In this document: positions 46,763-57,194 of the stretch, piece after piece | How positions within the stretch are numbered: the stretch's first letter is position 1 | Layout: each line of letters starts with the position of its first letter | Source: an uncultured Clostridia bacterium | Lineage (GTDB): Bacteria > Bacillota > Clostridia > Christensenellales > CAG-138 | NCBI GenBank assembly: GCA_947306125.1 | Contig: CAMZFO010000003.1 | Coordinates: 1-57,194, forward strand | Direction of reading: 5' to 3' | Length of the DNA: 57,194 nt | The notes under the pieces: generated by a model | Database searches by the model: none | The model's input: only the letters and a program-made list of their open reading frames with translations | Told to the model about the DNA's origin: nothing | Program-made: the position numbers and the translations under genes

Positions 46763-47974
46763 ATGAAAAGAATGCTCGGAATACTGCTTGCTCTGATGCT
46801 CGTACTTCCTTTCGCGGGGTGCGTACGCGAGCCGAAGAAGATCGAGAGCACCGAGGACGATCTGCTCTGGTTCTGTCCCTACTCGCAGATCGGAGATTCC
46901 CCCGCGAAGGCGATAAACATTGCGACGGGGGAGGTGCTTGTCGCATGCCCCGATCCGCTCTGCGATCACAGCGCCTCGAGCGAGACCTGCTTCTTCAATT
47001 TCGTGCATGACAGGACGAGAATGCGCGACTCGGAATACGTTGGAGGCCATATCTTTTTCGAAGCGGAGAGGACGACGGAGGACGGCGTCGTTATGAAACT
47101 CTATGATTACGACGCGGACGCCGCCCGCATAGACGAGGTTTACACCTTCGATTATATTGATTCGTCGACCCAGATGTATCACAGCGGCAGAAGGCTCTTC
47201 TTCACTGCGATAACGGAGGAGGACGAGAACGAGTCGCTGAACAATATCATCGGGCTTTTTGAATACGACCTCGATAAAAAGAGCGTGACACTGCTCGACG
47301 GCAGCGCGCGGTACGCCCTCTATCCGACCGACGTGGTGTTTTATGAGGATCACTATATCCGCAGCGCGGGTCACGATCCGCAGACCGGGCGATTAAGATA
47401 CTGCAAATGCTCGTATGACGGCTCGGAAGAGGAATACTTCGATTCCCTGCCGGACGGCACGACGTTCGGGGCCTTCGGCTGGCAGCAAAAGCCCTGCGGA
47501 TACTTTATCAATACGGAGCCCGGCGGCGGCATATACCTTTGGGATGAGAACAGGCGTCTCGATTTCCCGAATGAAGGCGCCGTCACCTCGCCGCGCGTCT
47601 ATAGGGACAGCTTCTATTATACAACAAGGAGCGCTGAAATTGAGGAGCTCGGCGTCGACCCCGTAACGAAAAGGCAGGCGCTGGGTTATAGGTATGACAA
47701 CGAGGTGTATGTGCTGAATAAGGACGGCTCTTACAGGCACTACACCGTTGAAAGCGATTATCATTTCATTATACAGGCGGCATATGAGAACGTCATTATA
47801 GGCTCGATCCAGTACCGCATAAGGCCCGACGGCTGCTGCATACAAAACAGCAACAGCTGCGATTATATCCGCATAGACCTTTCAACGGGCGAAACGACGC
47901 TGTATGACACGACGAGAAGGAGCGGCTTTGCCGTAAAAACATACGTGACCGAAGTCAGACTGAACGAAAACTGA
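46763..47974 (+). CDS. Lipoprotein paralogous to the outer domain of the upstream XRE regulator
   Basis: Lipobox LVLPFAGC. Colinear similarity to the regulator's outer domain (ACPDPLCDHSASSETCFFN, KLYDYD, RLFFTA, SYDGSEEEYFDSLPDG, IRIDLSTGETTLYDT). Confidence 0.7.
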   Translation: MKRMLGILLALMLVLPFAGCVREPKKIESTEDDLLWFCPYSQIGDSPAKAINIATGEVLVACPDPLCDHSASSETCFFNFVHDRTRMRDSEYVGGHIFFEAERTTEDGVVMKLYDYDADAARIDEVYTFDYIDSSTQMYHSGRRLFFTAITEEDENESLNNIIGLFEYDLDKKSVTLLDGSARYALYPTDVVFYEDHYIRSAGHDPQTGRLRYCKCSYDGSEEEYFDSLPDGTTFGAFGWQQKPCGYFINTEPGGGIYLWDENRRLDFPNEGAVTSPRVYRDSFYYTTRSAEIEELGVDPVTKRQALGYRYDNEVYVLNKDGSYRHYTVESDYHFIIQAAYENVIIGSIQYRIRPDGCCIQNSNSCDYIRIDLSTGETTLYDTTRRSGFAVKTYVTEVRLNEN

Positions 47975-47979
47975 CCGCT

Positions 47980-50055
47980 ATGCTGTTCCTTTTCGAGATA
48001 AAAAAGCTCATAAAGAACAGGGCGATATCGGTTTCGGCGCTCATATTGCTCGCTCTTACCGCGGCATTGGCGCTGCGCAGCGCGGCGAACGCGGAGCAGG
48101 TGTTCGTCGACTCCGCGGAAGCGGCGGAGGCATATGAGGCGTTCGCGCTCGACACGGAAAACAAGGCGGCAACGGCGCTGCGCCGGGCAAAGAGCGCGTA
48201 TGCGGCGGAGTATTATTCTGCCGCGAAAGAGGAGTATCGCGCCGCGCGTGAGCGTATCGAATTCAAAAGCGGGTGCGTCACGGGCTGGGACGAGCTGTTG
48301 AGCTTCGACGCGCCGCTTTTTGCCGGGCTCTTTATGTCCGTTATGCTCGGCGCCGCGGCCTTTTACGAGGACAGGCGCATAGGCATGGCGAGCGTTATAG
48401 CCGCCTCGAAAAACGGCAGGAGAAGGCTTGCGGCGGACAGGATGCTTGCGGCGATACTGCTTTCCGCGCTCTTCGCGCTTGCGGCGGCGGGCATTACCTT
48501 TATTTGCTTCAAGACGGCCGGGACACTGCAAAACGGGGGCTTCGTACTCCAATCCGCGCCGTCTTTCTTTCATTCCGTTGAAAAGCTCACTCTCGGCAGG
48601 GCGTTCGTTATACTCGCTCTCCGGCGGCTCCCGGTCTGTGCCGCAGTGACCGCGGGCGCCTGCTTTGTCTCAAAGCTTATGAGGGGTTATATCCCGATAC
48701 TGCTCGTTTCGGCCGCCTTCCCCGTGATGGAGTTTGCCGCGTTCTCGCTCCGTTACAACGCGGCAGACGTGCTGCTCAAAAACGCCAACGTATTTGCGTA
48801 TGGGAGCGGGTATCTGCTCGAGCGCTTTTACCGCGTGCGCTTATTCGGTGCGGTGCGGCCAGAAGCGCTCGTATTCGACGCCGCGGCAGGCCTGATAATA
48901 TCGCTTTCCGGCCTTGCCGTATTCCTTCCGGAGCGCGGGAGCGGAGCGCCGAAGAAGCTCCTCCGCCTGCCGGAAAGGATAAAGCTTCCGCATATGAAGG
49001 CAAGACCTCACGGGCTTTTCGCGTGGGAATTCGCTAAGCTCCTGCGCGCGCCCGCAGTGCTTATCCCCGTATGCCTGTGCTTGGGCCTCGGCGTTTGGGG
49101 GATACTCAAAAACGCCCCGCTGAAGCAGAGCGAGGGCGAAAAGCTTTACCGCGGGTACTGCGCGGAGTTTTCGGGCAAAAGCTTTTTTGAGATAGACGGT
49201 CTGATTGCGGAAGAGGAGGGGCGGATCCTCTCCGCCAACGCCCGAATGGATGAAGCGGATCGCCTGTATGACAGCGGGCAGATGGACTTTGACGAATACA
49301 ACGCGGTCAGCGCAGAATACATCGACTGCTTAAGGCGCGAAGGGCTGCTCCCCGTTCTCAGGGCGAGGCTCTATTACCTTATCGGGACCTCTGCGGAGCT
49401 GAATACAAGCCTGGATTATGTTTACGATACGGGGCTCAATAAGCTGATCGGACTTGAGAATGGCATACTTCCCATGCTCGCCGTAATACTGCTCGCGTGC
49501 TGTCCGTTTTTGAAGGAGCGGGAGAGCGGCTTTATAAACCTTCTGCGCACGGGCAAAAACGGGCGAGGCAGGATATACCTCGTGCGCCTCGCGTTCGTGC
49601 TCCTGTGCGCGCTTGCCGTGACGCTCCTCTTTTCCGCCGCAGAGCTTTACGCGCTTTCCGGCGACGGGATATTCGAATGCCTGAAAACCCCCGCGGCGTC
49701 CCTCGAAGCGCTCCGCAAAATGGGGACGACCTCGATTGGCGCGTATCTTGCCGAGGTTTTTGCCATGCGCCTTGCCGCCGCGCTCTGCATGGCGCTCGTA
49801 ACGTACGCGCTCTCGACCCGCTTTGAGAGCCCGTTCGCCGTGCTCGCGCCCGCACTCGGTTGGCTGCTCGTTTCGTTCGCGCTGCGAAGGCTCGGTGTAT
49901 CGTTCCCGCCCGCGGATATTTCGGCATTCGTTTCGGGTCACGCGGCATTCGCAAAAGCGGGGCAGGCGGCATGGCTAAACATGCTGCCGCTTATTGCTAT
50001 AACGGTTTTGTTCGTTGCTTATTCATACAGACGGTTCACAAGGACGGTAAAATGA
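47980..50055 (+). CDS. Large polytopic membrane protein, probable ABC-2-type permease (two TM bundles)
   Basis: At least 12 predicted TM helices in two blocks separated by a soluble region of about 110 aa. Immediately precedes, and is translationally coupled to, an ABC ATPase gene. Confidence 0.6.
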   Translation: MLFLFEIKKLIKNRAISVSALILLALTAALALRSAANAEQVFVDSAEAAEAYEAFALDTENKAATALRRAKSAYAAEYYSAAKEEYRAARERIEFKSGCVTGWDELLSFDAPLFAGLFMSVMLGAAAFYEDRRIGMASVIAASKNGRRRLAADRMLAAILLSALFALAAAGITFICFKTAGTLQNGGFVLQSAPSFFHSVEKLTLGRAFVILALRRLPVCAAVTAGACFVSKLMRGYIPILLVSAAFPVMEFAAFSLRYNAADVLLKNANVFAYGSGYLLERFYRVRLFGAVRPEALVFDAAAGLIISLSGLAVFLPERGSGAPKKLLRLPERIKLPHMKARPHGLFAWEFAKLLRAPAVLIPVCLCLGLGVWGILKNAPLKQSEGEKLYRGYCAEFSGKSFFEIDGLIAEEEGRILSANARMDEADRLYDSGQMDFDEYNAVSAEYIDCLRREGLLPVLRARLYYLIGTSAELNTSLDYVYDTGLNKLIGLENGILPMLAVILLACCPFLKERESGFINLLRTGKNGRGRIYLVRLAFVLLCALAVTLLFSAAELYALSGDGIFECLKTPAASLEALRKMGTTSIGAYLAEVFAMRLAAALCMALVTYALSTRFESPFAVLAPALGWLLVSFALRRLGVSFPPADISAFVSGHAAFAKAGQAAWLNMLPLIAITVLFVAYSYRRFTRTVK

Positions 50056-50056
50056 A

Positions 50057-50926
50057 ATGAAGCTTGAATTTGAAAAGGTAAGCAAATCGTATGGGAAAAC
50101 GAGGGCGCTCACGGGCTTTTCGGCCGTGCTCGAGCCCGGCGTTCACGCGCTCCTCGGGCCGAACGGCTCGGGGAAATCGACGCTCATGAACATACTGACG
50201 GATAACCTCAAGGCCGACGAAGGGCGCATAACCTTCGACGGCGAGGACGTTTTGAAGATGGGCGGCAGATTCCGCGAAAAGCTCGGCTTCATGCCCCAGT
50301 ACCCCGGTATGTACGGCTCATTCACCGCAGAGAGCTTCCTTTGGTACGTCGCGGAGCTTAAAGCCGTCCCGCGCGAAAAAGCGAAAAGGGATATTGCCGA
50401 GGTGCTTGAAGCGGTCGAGCTGTCGGGCGCCGCAAATAAGCGCATTTCCTCCTTCTCCGGCGGCATGAAACAGCGCCTCGCGCTCGCTCAGGCGGTGCTG
50501 GGCGGCCCCGCCGTGCTCGTGCTCGACGAGCCCACAGCCGGGCTCGATCCCAAGCAGCGCATAGCCGTCCGCAATTACATTTCAAAGATCGCCTTCAACA
50601 AGATCGTGATCATAGCAACGCACGTCGTTTCCGATATCGAATACATCGCACGCGACGTGATAATGCTCAAAAAGGGCGTTATAGTCGATAACGCTCCGCC
50701 CGCCGAGCTCATTTCACGCATCGAGGGCAATGTCTGGCGAGTGCCAGCGGCCCCATGCGAGGTGCAGGAGCTCCAAGCCCGCTTCACCGTCACGAGCATC
50801 CGGAAGGACGACCGCGTGGTATCCCTCCGCATCCTCTCGGACGAAGCGCCCGCGCCTGCAGCGGAACCCGTCATGCCCTCGCTCGAAGACTATTACCTTC
50901 ACGTTTTCGGCGAAGCGTCGAACTGA
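50057..50926 (+). CDS. ABC transporter ATP-binding protein
   Basis: Walker A GPNGSGKST, signature FSGGMKQR, Walker B LVLDEPTAGLD. Confidence 0.9.
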   Translation: MKLEFEKVSKSYGKTRALTGFSAVLEPGVHALLGPNGSGKSTLMNILTDNLKADEGRITFDGEDVLKMGGRFREKLGFMPQYPGMYGSFTAESFLWYVAELKAVPREKAKRDIAEVLEAVELSGAANKRISSFSGGMKQRLALAQAVLGGPAVLVLDEPTAGLDPKQRIAVRNYISKIAFNKIVIIATHVVSDIEYIARDVIMLKKGVIVDNAPPAELISRIEGNVWRVPAAPCEVQELQARFTVTSIRKDDRVVSLRILSDEAPAPAAEPVMPSLEDYYLHVFGEASN

Positions 50927-50927
50927 C

Positions 50928-50961
50928 AAAACAACGCCGCCCGGCCGGGCGGCGTTGTTTT
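50928..50961. terminator. Bidirectional terminator between the ABC ATPase gene and groEL
   Basis: Perfect 17-bp palindrome AAAACAACGCCGCCCGG/CCGGGCGGCGTTGTTTT. Confidence 0.8.
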
Positions 50962-50975
50962 ATCTTATACTTTTA

Positions 50976-52622
<1,647 letters not shown>

Positions 52623-52910
52623 TTAGTCCTCGACTACCGCGAGGATATCGTTCTGACGGACGATTATGTATTCCTGCCCGTCCATCTTGATCTCGGTGCC
52701 GGCATACTTGGAATAGAATACCTTATCGCCGACGGATACGTTCATCGTGATCTCCTTGCCGTCCACGACGCCGCCGGGACCTACGGCGATGACTTCCGCC
52801 ATCTGGGGCTTTTCCTTTGCATTGCCTGCGAGAATGAATCCGCTCGCAGTGGTCTCCTCAGCCTCGAGAGACTTGATGACAACTCTGTCAGAAAGCGGTC
52901 TGAGTTTCAT
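52623..52910 (-). CDS. groES: Co-chaperonin GroES
   Basis: [13 protein letters not shown]...[13 protein letters not shown]...[13 protein letters not shown]. Confidence 0.97.
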   Translation of the reverse strand: MKLRPLSDRVVIKSLEAEETTASGFILAGNAKEKPQMAEVIAVGPGGVVDGKEITMNVSVGDKVFYSKYAGTEIKMDGQEYIIVRQNDILAVVED

Positions 52911-53017
52911 AACGCAATTCCTCCTATGGTAAATATAAATTATTATATGCTTCGGCCGGCCTCTTGATCACGGCTCCGACGCGATGCGACAGCAAGCGCG
53001 GGAAGAGGACCGGGTTT

Positions 53018-53044
53018 GTTAGCACTCAAACAAGCCGAGTGCTA
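53018..53044 (-). promoter_or_regulatory. CIRCE operator (HrcA binding site) upstream of groES
   Basis: Perfect TTAGCACTC-N9-GAGTGCTAA. Confidence 0.9.
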
Positions 53045-53052
53045 ACAAAGCT

Positions 53053-53081
53053 TATTATATGCAAAGAGCCCCCTTATGTCA
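53053..53081 (-). promoter_or_regulatory. Sigma-A-type promoter of groESL
   Basis: On the minus strand: TTGACA, 17 nt spacer, TATAAT, immediately upstream of CIRCE. Confidence 0.7.
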
Positions 53082-53156
53082 ACACCGTAAGCACGAGTAT
53101 TCGGAATATATTTGTGAAAAAGCACAGCGACGATCACAATATATTGTCAAAAGCAC

Positions 53157-53185
53157 TTGCCAAAAAGCGATGAGTGGGTTATACT
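53157..53185 (+). promoter_or_regulatory. Sigma-A-type promoter of the ABC-exporter operon
   Basis: TTGCCA, 17 nt spacer, TATACT. Confidence 0.45.
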
Positions 53186-53218
53186 TGCTTGGAAAACGAA
53201 AGAAAGGAGGCCGCACCT

Positions 53219-53290
53219 ATGCGAATCAGGAATTATAAATACGAAACGAATTCTCTGCCCGGAGTGGTATTCAGTGCGGCCTGCTTATAA
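53219..53290 (+). CDS. Candidate 23-aa leader peptide (MRIRNYKYETNSLPGVVFSAACL)
   Basis: AAAGGAGG lies 8 nt upstream of the ATG. The ORF ends 25 nt before an intrinsic terminator. It is in a different frame from the long ORF-track extension. Confidence 0.4.
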   Translation: MRIRNYKYETNSLPGVVFSAACL

Positions 53291-53314
53291 TATAGGTCGG
53301 ATCATGCAATCATC

Positions 53315-53345
53315 TGCGGGCGCAAGCCCGCATTTTTGTTTATTT
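53315..53345 (+). terminator. Intrinsic terminator in the 5' leader of the ABC exporter genes (attenuator)
   Basis: TGCGGGC-GCAA-GCCCGCA stem-loop followed by TTTTTGTTTATTT. It ends at the exporter RBS. Confidence 0.6.
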
Positions 53346-53351
53346 GGAGGA

Positions 53352-55241
53352 ATGATGGAAGCAACAGCATTAAATACGGATAAGAAGGAAAAGAGGGAAC
53401 GCAAGCCCATAAACTACCGCCTTGCCGCCCGCTTCATGCGCGGCACGTGGGGCTATTTCGTGATAGCCGCGGTCGGGCTCATCGCCGCCGTCATAACGGC
53501 GTATCTCGTTCCCATAGTAACGAGTTTCACCATCGACTACGCGCTCCTGCCCTTTGCGGAGGCGGGGTACGTGCCGGGCGACAACGCCGTTCCCAAGTTC
53601 ATACTCGACTGGGTGGAGTCAATAGGCGGCAAGGAGTTTTTGATAGATCACCTCGTGCTGCTCGCGATACTGCTCGTGCTCGTGAGGCTGCTCAACGCTC
53701 TGAGCACCTTCCTGAGGCAGGGCTTTATAGCGAGGGCGGGCGAGTCGATCGCCAAGAACATGCGCGACGATCTTTACGAGCATCTTGCGAACGTACCCTT
53801 CGATTATCATAAGCACGTTTCAACGGGCGACCTCGTGCAGAGGTGCACCTCCGACGTCGACACCGTCCGCAGGTTCATTCAGAATCAGCTTCTCGAGGTC
53901 ATAAGGACGGTGCTCATGCTCGTCACCGCCGCCGTTATCATGCTCAAGATCGATCCGGAGCTCACGCTCTGGTCGGTCATACTCATGCCCTTCCTGGCGC
54001 TCTCGTCCTTCGTCTATTTCAAGGCCGTCAAGAACAGCTTCGAGGCCTCGGACGAGGCGGAGGGCAGGCTTTCCGCCGCTATACAGGAGAATCTTACGGG
54101 CGTGCGCGTAGTCAGGGCGTTCGGTCAGCAGAAGCGCGAATTCGAGAATTTTACCGAAAAGAACGCCGATTACAAGAAGAAGACGCTGAGGGTGAACGAT
54201 CTCATGGCGTACTACTGGAGCGCTTCGGACGGCTTCGGCTATCTTCAGATAATGGTCTCCCTCTGCGTCGGCGCGCTTTACGCCATTAAGGGCAGGATAT
54301 CGGTCGGCGAGGTGCTCGTATTCGTTTCGTACACCGGCATGCTCACTTGGCCCGTCCGTCAGCTCGGCAGGATACTGGCCGACCTCGGCAAGGCTTCCGT
54401 GTCGCTCGGGCGTATAGACGAGATCATGTCCGCTCCTCTTGAAACGGAGCCCGGCAAGGCGCTCACGCCCGAAATAAAGGGCAGAGTGGAGTTCAGGAAC
54501 GTCGGCTTCCGCTATGAGGACAGCAGCGAGCCCGTTCTGCAGGGCGTCAGCTTCACCGCCGATCCCGGCGAAACGATAGCCATTCTGGGCTCCACGGGCA
54601 GCGGAAAGTCAACGCTCGTCCAGCTCATACAGAGGCTCTATTCCGCCACGGAGGGCGAGATACTGATAGACGGAGTGGATATAAACGACATAGAGCGTCA
54701 TCATCTGCGCCGCAGCATAGGCATAGTCCTGCAGGAGCCCTTCCTGTACTCGCGCAGCATTATGGACAATATCCGCATTGTCGAGCCCGACGCAGACGAG
54801 GAGAAGGTCTTTGACGCGGCAAGGATCGCCGCCATACACGACGTCGTTACCGGCTTCGAGAAGGGCTATGATACCATAGTCGGCGAAAGGGGCGTCACGC
54901 TCTCCGGCGGTCAGAAGCAGCGCGTCGCGATAGCGAGGATGCTGATGCAGTCGGCTCCCATAATAATCCTCGACGACTCCATGTCCGCCGTCGATACCGA
55001 GACCGACGCCGCCATCCGCGAGGCGCTCTCCGGCAGGAGGGACGACTGCACCACGTTCATTATTTCCCACAGAATAACCACTCTGTGCGAGGCGGACAAG
55101 ATACTCGTGCTCGAGCACGGGCGCCTTGTGCAGACGGGCACGCACGAGGAGCTCATAAATCAGGATGGGCTCTACAAGCGCATTGCCGAGATACAGAATA
55201 TGCTCGAAGATGAGCTCGAGTCGGAAAGGGGGGAGGACTAA
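53352..55241 (+). CDS. ABC exporter half-transporter (TMD-NBD), degenerate-site subunit of a heterodimer
   Basis: Six-TM domain. Walker A GSTGSGKST, signature LSGGQKQR. Walker B IIILDD is followed by S, so Asp replaces the catalytic Glu. The start is uncertain (ATG 53352 or 53355 after GGAGG). Confidence 0.8.
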   Translation: MMEATALNTDKKEKRERKPINYRLAARFMRGTWGYFVIAAVGLIAAVITAYLVPIVTSFTIDYALLPFAEAGYVPGDNAVPKFILDWVESIGGKEFLIDHLVLLAILLVLVRLLNALSTFLRQGFIARAGESIAKNMRDDLYEHLANVPFDYHKHVSTGDLVQRCTSDVDTVRRFIQNQLLEVIRTVLMLVTAAVIMLKIDPELTLWSVILMPFLALSSFVYFKAVKNSFEASDEAEGRLSAAIQENLTGVRVVRAFGQQKREFENFTEKNADYKKKTLRVNDLMAYYWSASDGFGYLQIMVSLCVGALYAIKGRISVGEVLVFVSYTGMLTWPVRQLGRILADLGKASVSLGRIDEIMSAPLETEPGKALTPEIKGRVEFRNVGFRYEDSSEPVLQGVSFTADPGETIAILGSTGSGKSTLVQLIQRLYSATEGEILIDGVDINDIERHHLRRSIGIVLQEPFLYSRSIMDNIRIVEPDADEEKVFDAARIAAIHDVVTGFEKGYDTIVGERGVTLSGGQKQRVAIARMLMQSAPIIILDDSMSAVDTETDAAIREALSGRRDDCTTFIISHRITTLCEADKILVLEHGRLVQTGTHEELINQDGLYKRIAEIQNMLEDELESERGED

Positions 55242-57100
55242 TGGAAGATATCACCACCTCCGCACTTCAGGAAGAAGAATTCGACCAAAAGGTCGATATG
55301 AAGATATGGAAGAGGCTTATAAGCTACGGCTTGAGGAGCAGGAACCTCGTCATCACGACCATGATCGCGCTCCTCGTGGTAGCCGCGGTGGATATACTCT
55401 ATCCTCTGCTCTCAAGATACGCGATAGACAATATCATCAACGGCGAGCATACGGAGAGGATACTGCCCTTTGCGATAGTCTATCTCGTGCTCGTTGTAAT
55501 GCAGGGCTTGGGCGTCATGCTGTTCATAAAGGGCTCCGGCAAGCTCGAGATGAATATCGCATACGATATCCGTCAGGACGCCTTCCGCAAGCTGCAGGAG
55601 CTCTCGTTCTCCTATTATGATAAGACCGCGGTCGGCTATATAATGGCCCGAATGGTGTCCGATATCGGCCGCCTCTCCGAGCTTATCGCATGGTCGGTGG
55701 TCGACCTGCTCTGGTCGAGCTCCTACGTGCTCGGCATAGTCGTGATAATGTTCATGATGAAGTGGCAGCTCGCTCTGCTCGTCGTTATCGTGCTCCCGCC
55801 CCTTGCGGTGATCTGTATGTACTTCCAGAAGAAGATACTGAAGCATTACCGCGACGTAAGGAAGCAGAATTCCAAGATCACGGGCGCTTTGAACGAGGGC
55901 ATAATGGGCGCCGTCACGACCAAGACTCTCGTGCGCGAGGAGCGCAATACCGAGGAGTTCCGCGCCGAAACGGGCAGGATGCGCAAGTCCGCCATCCGCG
56001 CCGCCGTGCTCTCCGCCATGTTCACTCCCATTGTCATGTGCCTCGGCTCCATCGGCACCGCTCTCGCGCTCTATGCGGGCGGCATGAGCGTCGCCGCAAG
56101 ATGGACGGCCATCGGCACGATCACCGTGGGTACTTTAAGCACCTTCATCTCCTATTCCGCGGGTATGTTCGACCCCATTCAGCAGCTCGCGGGCATATTC
56201 GCGGAGATGCAGAGCGCGCAGGCGTCCGCGGAGCGCGTCATAACCCTTATCGACACCCCCTGCGATATCTCCGATACGGCGGAGGTGCTTGAAAAGTACG
56301 GCGACAGCTTCGATCCCAAGCGTGAGAACTGGGAGGACATAAGGGGCGACGTTGAGTTCCGCGACGTAAGCTTCGCTTATAAGCAGGGCGAAAAGGTGCT
56401 CTCGCATTTTAACCTTGAGGTGAAGGCGGGGCAGACCGTAGCGTTGGTCGGCGAGACCGGCGCGGGCAAGAGCACGATCGTCAACCTCGTATGCCGCTTC
56501 TACGAGCCCACTGAGGGCAGCGTGCTCATAGACGGCGTGGATTACCGCGAGCGCAGCCAGCTCTGGCTGCAGGCAAGGCTCGGCTACGTGCTGCAGCAGC
56601 CCCATCTTTTCTCCGGTACCGTAATGGATAATATCCGCTACGGCAGGCCGGACGCCACCGAGGAGGAGGTCAGGGCCGCGGCGAAGCTCGTACACGCCGA
56701 CGAATTCATAAATTCCCTTGAGAAGGGCTATCAGACGGACGTCGGCGAGGGCGGAGGCAGGCTCTCCACAGGCCAGAAGCAGCTCATAAGCTTCGCCAGG
56801 GTAATTCTTGCCGATCCCAGGATATTCGTGCTCGACGAGGCGACGAGCTCCATAGACACCGAGACCGAGCAGCTCATACAGAGCGCCATCACAAAGGTGC
56901 TTGAGAACCGCACGAGCTTCATAGTCGCGCACAGGCTCTCCACCATACGCTCGGCGGACAGGATACTCGTCATCCGCGACGGCAGGATAACCGAGTCCGG
57001 CACCCATAAAGAGCTTATCAAGCTGCACGGCTACTATTACGACCTCTACACCACGCAGTTCAGAAGGGACGCCGTCAGCAGGATAATGAAGGACGGCTAA
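55241..57100 (+). CDS. ABC exporter half-transporter (TMD-NBD), consensus-site subunit of a heterodimer
   Basis: TAATG overlap with the upstream gene. Walker A GETGAGKST, Walker B FVLDEATS with the catalytic Glu, and a divergent signature LSTGQKQ. Confidence 0.9.
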   Translation: MEDITTSALQEEEFDQKVDMKIWKRLISYGLRSRNLVITTMIALLVVAAVDILYPLLSRYAIDNIINGEHTERILPFAIVYLVLVVMQGLGVMLFIKGSGKLEMNIAYDIRQDAFRKLQELSFSYYDKTAVGYIMARMVSDIGRLSELIAWSVVDLLWSSSYVLGIVVIMFMMKWQLALLVVIVLPPLAVICMYFQKKILKHYRDVRKQNSKITGALNEGIMGAVTTKTLVREERNTEEFRAETGRMRKSAIRAAVLSAMFTPIVMCLGSIGTALALYAGGMSVAARWTAIGTITVGTLSTFISYSAGMFDPIQQLAGIFAEMQSAQASAERVITLIDTPCDISDTAEVLEKYGDSFDPKRENWEDIRGDVEFRDVSFAYKQGEKVLSHFNLEVKAGQTVALVGETGAGKSTIVNLVCRFYEPTEGSVLIDGVDYRERSQLWLQARLGYVLQQPHLFSGTVMDNIRYGRPDATEEEVRAAAKLVHADEFINSLEKGYQTDVGEGGGRLSTGQKQLISFARVILADPRIFVLDEATSSIDTETEQLIQSAITKVLENRTSFIVAHRLSTIRSADRILVIRDGRITESGTHKELIKLHGYYYDLYTTQFRRDAVSRIMKDG

Positions 57101-57112
57101 ACTGAAAATAAG

Positions 57113-57141
57113 GCCGAAAGCGCGCGCTTTCGGCTTTCGTT
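57113..57141 (+). terminator. Rho-independent terminator after the ABC exporter operon
   Basis: GCCGAAAGCG/CGCTTTCGGC stem followed by TTTCGTT. Confidence 0.6.
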
Positions 57142-57194
57142 GTAGTGAAAAACCACTCGCTGGGCGAGTGGTTCAGGGAAGCCTACAGGCGATG

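Noticed and set aside
57151-57173. A second hairpin after the ABC operon terminator (AACCACTCGC-TGGG-CGAGTGGTT).
   Set aside because: It has no U-tract and lies at the window edge, so it cannot be interpreted without downstream sequence.

Overview
This is a high-GC (about 60%) chromosomal window from a spore-forming Firmicute. The class Clostridia, probably Oscillospiraceae/Ruminococcaceae-like, is inferred from spo0A, the cohesin/dockerin modules, gene order and codon style. Most of the window is conserved housekeeping: aroQ/aroE, glnS, murA, gap, pepT, spo0A, the complete rimP-nusA-ylxR-ylxQ-infB-rbfA-nrnA-truB-rpsO-pnp block, and groES/groEL with a CIRCE operator. Accessory content sits between these blocks. 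It includes two tandem fused Wzz/BY-kinase genes at the edge of a polysaccharide locus, one with a very long (YSRYGK)n tyrosine tail. There is a surface-anchored three-cohesin scaffoldin and, about 26 kb away, two tandem dockerin-bearing proteins with a clan-CD (gingipain/legumain-like) His/Cys dyad. A tRNA-Val locus is surrounded by scrambled tRNA-derived modules. Also present are a sigma/anti-sigma-like pair, a CcdA/thioredoxin pair next to a Cys-rich zinc-ribbon membrane protein, and an SGNH-DUF4358-MBOAT O-acylation module. A membrane-tethered XRE regulator has its outer domain duplicated as a lipoprotein next to an ABC-2 module. A heterodimeric ABC exporter is preceded by a leader-peptide/terminator attenuator. 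I found no CRISPR array, rRNA, transposase, integrase or recognisable defence genes. The items most worth a second look are the tRNA-derived array (36.7-37.25 kb), the non-cellulosomal cohesin-dockerin protease set, the TruB-flavokinase fusion, the expanded tyrosine-repeat kinase tail, the XRE/lipoprotein/ABC-2 cluster and the ABC-exporter attenuator. All calls come from reading the sequence and motif recognition only; no database search was run.
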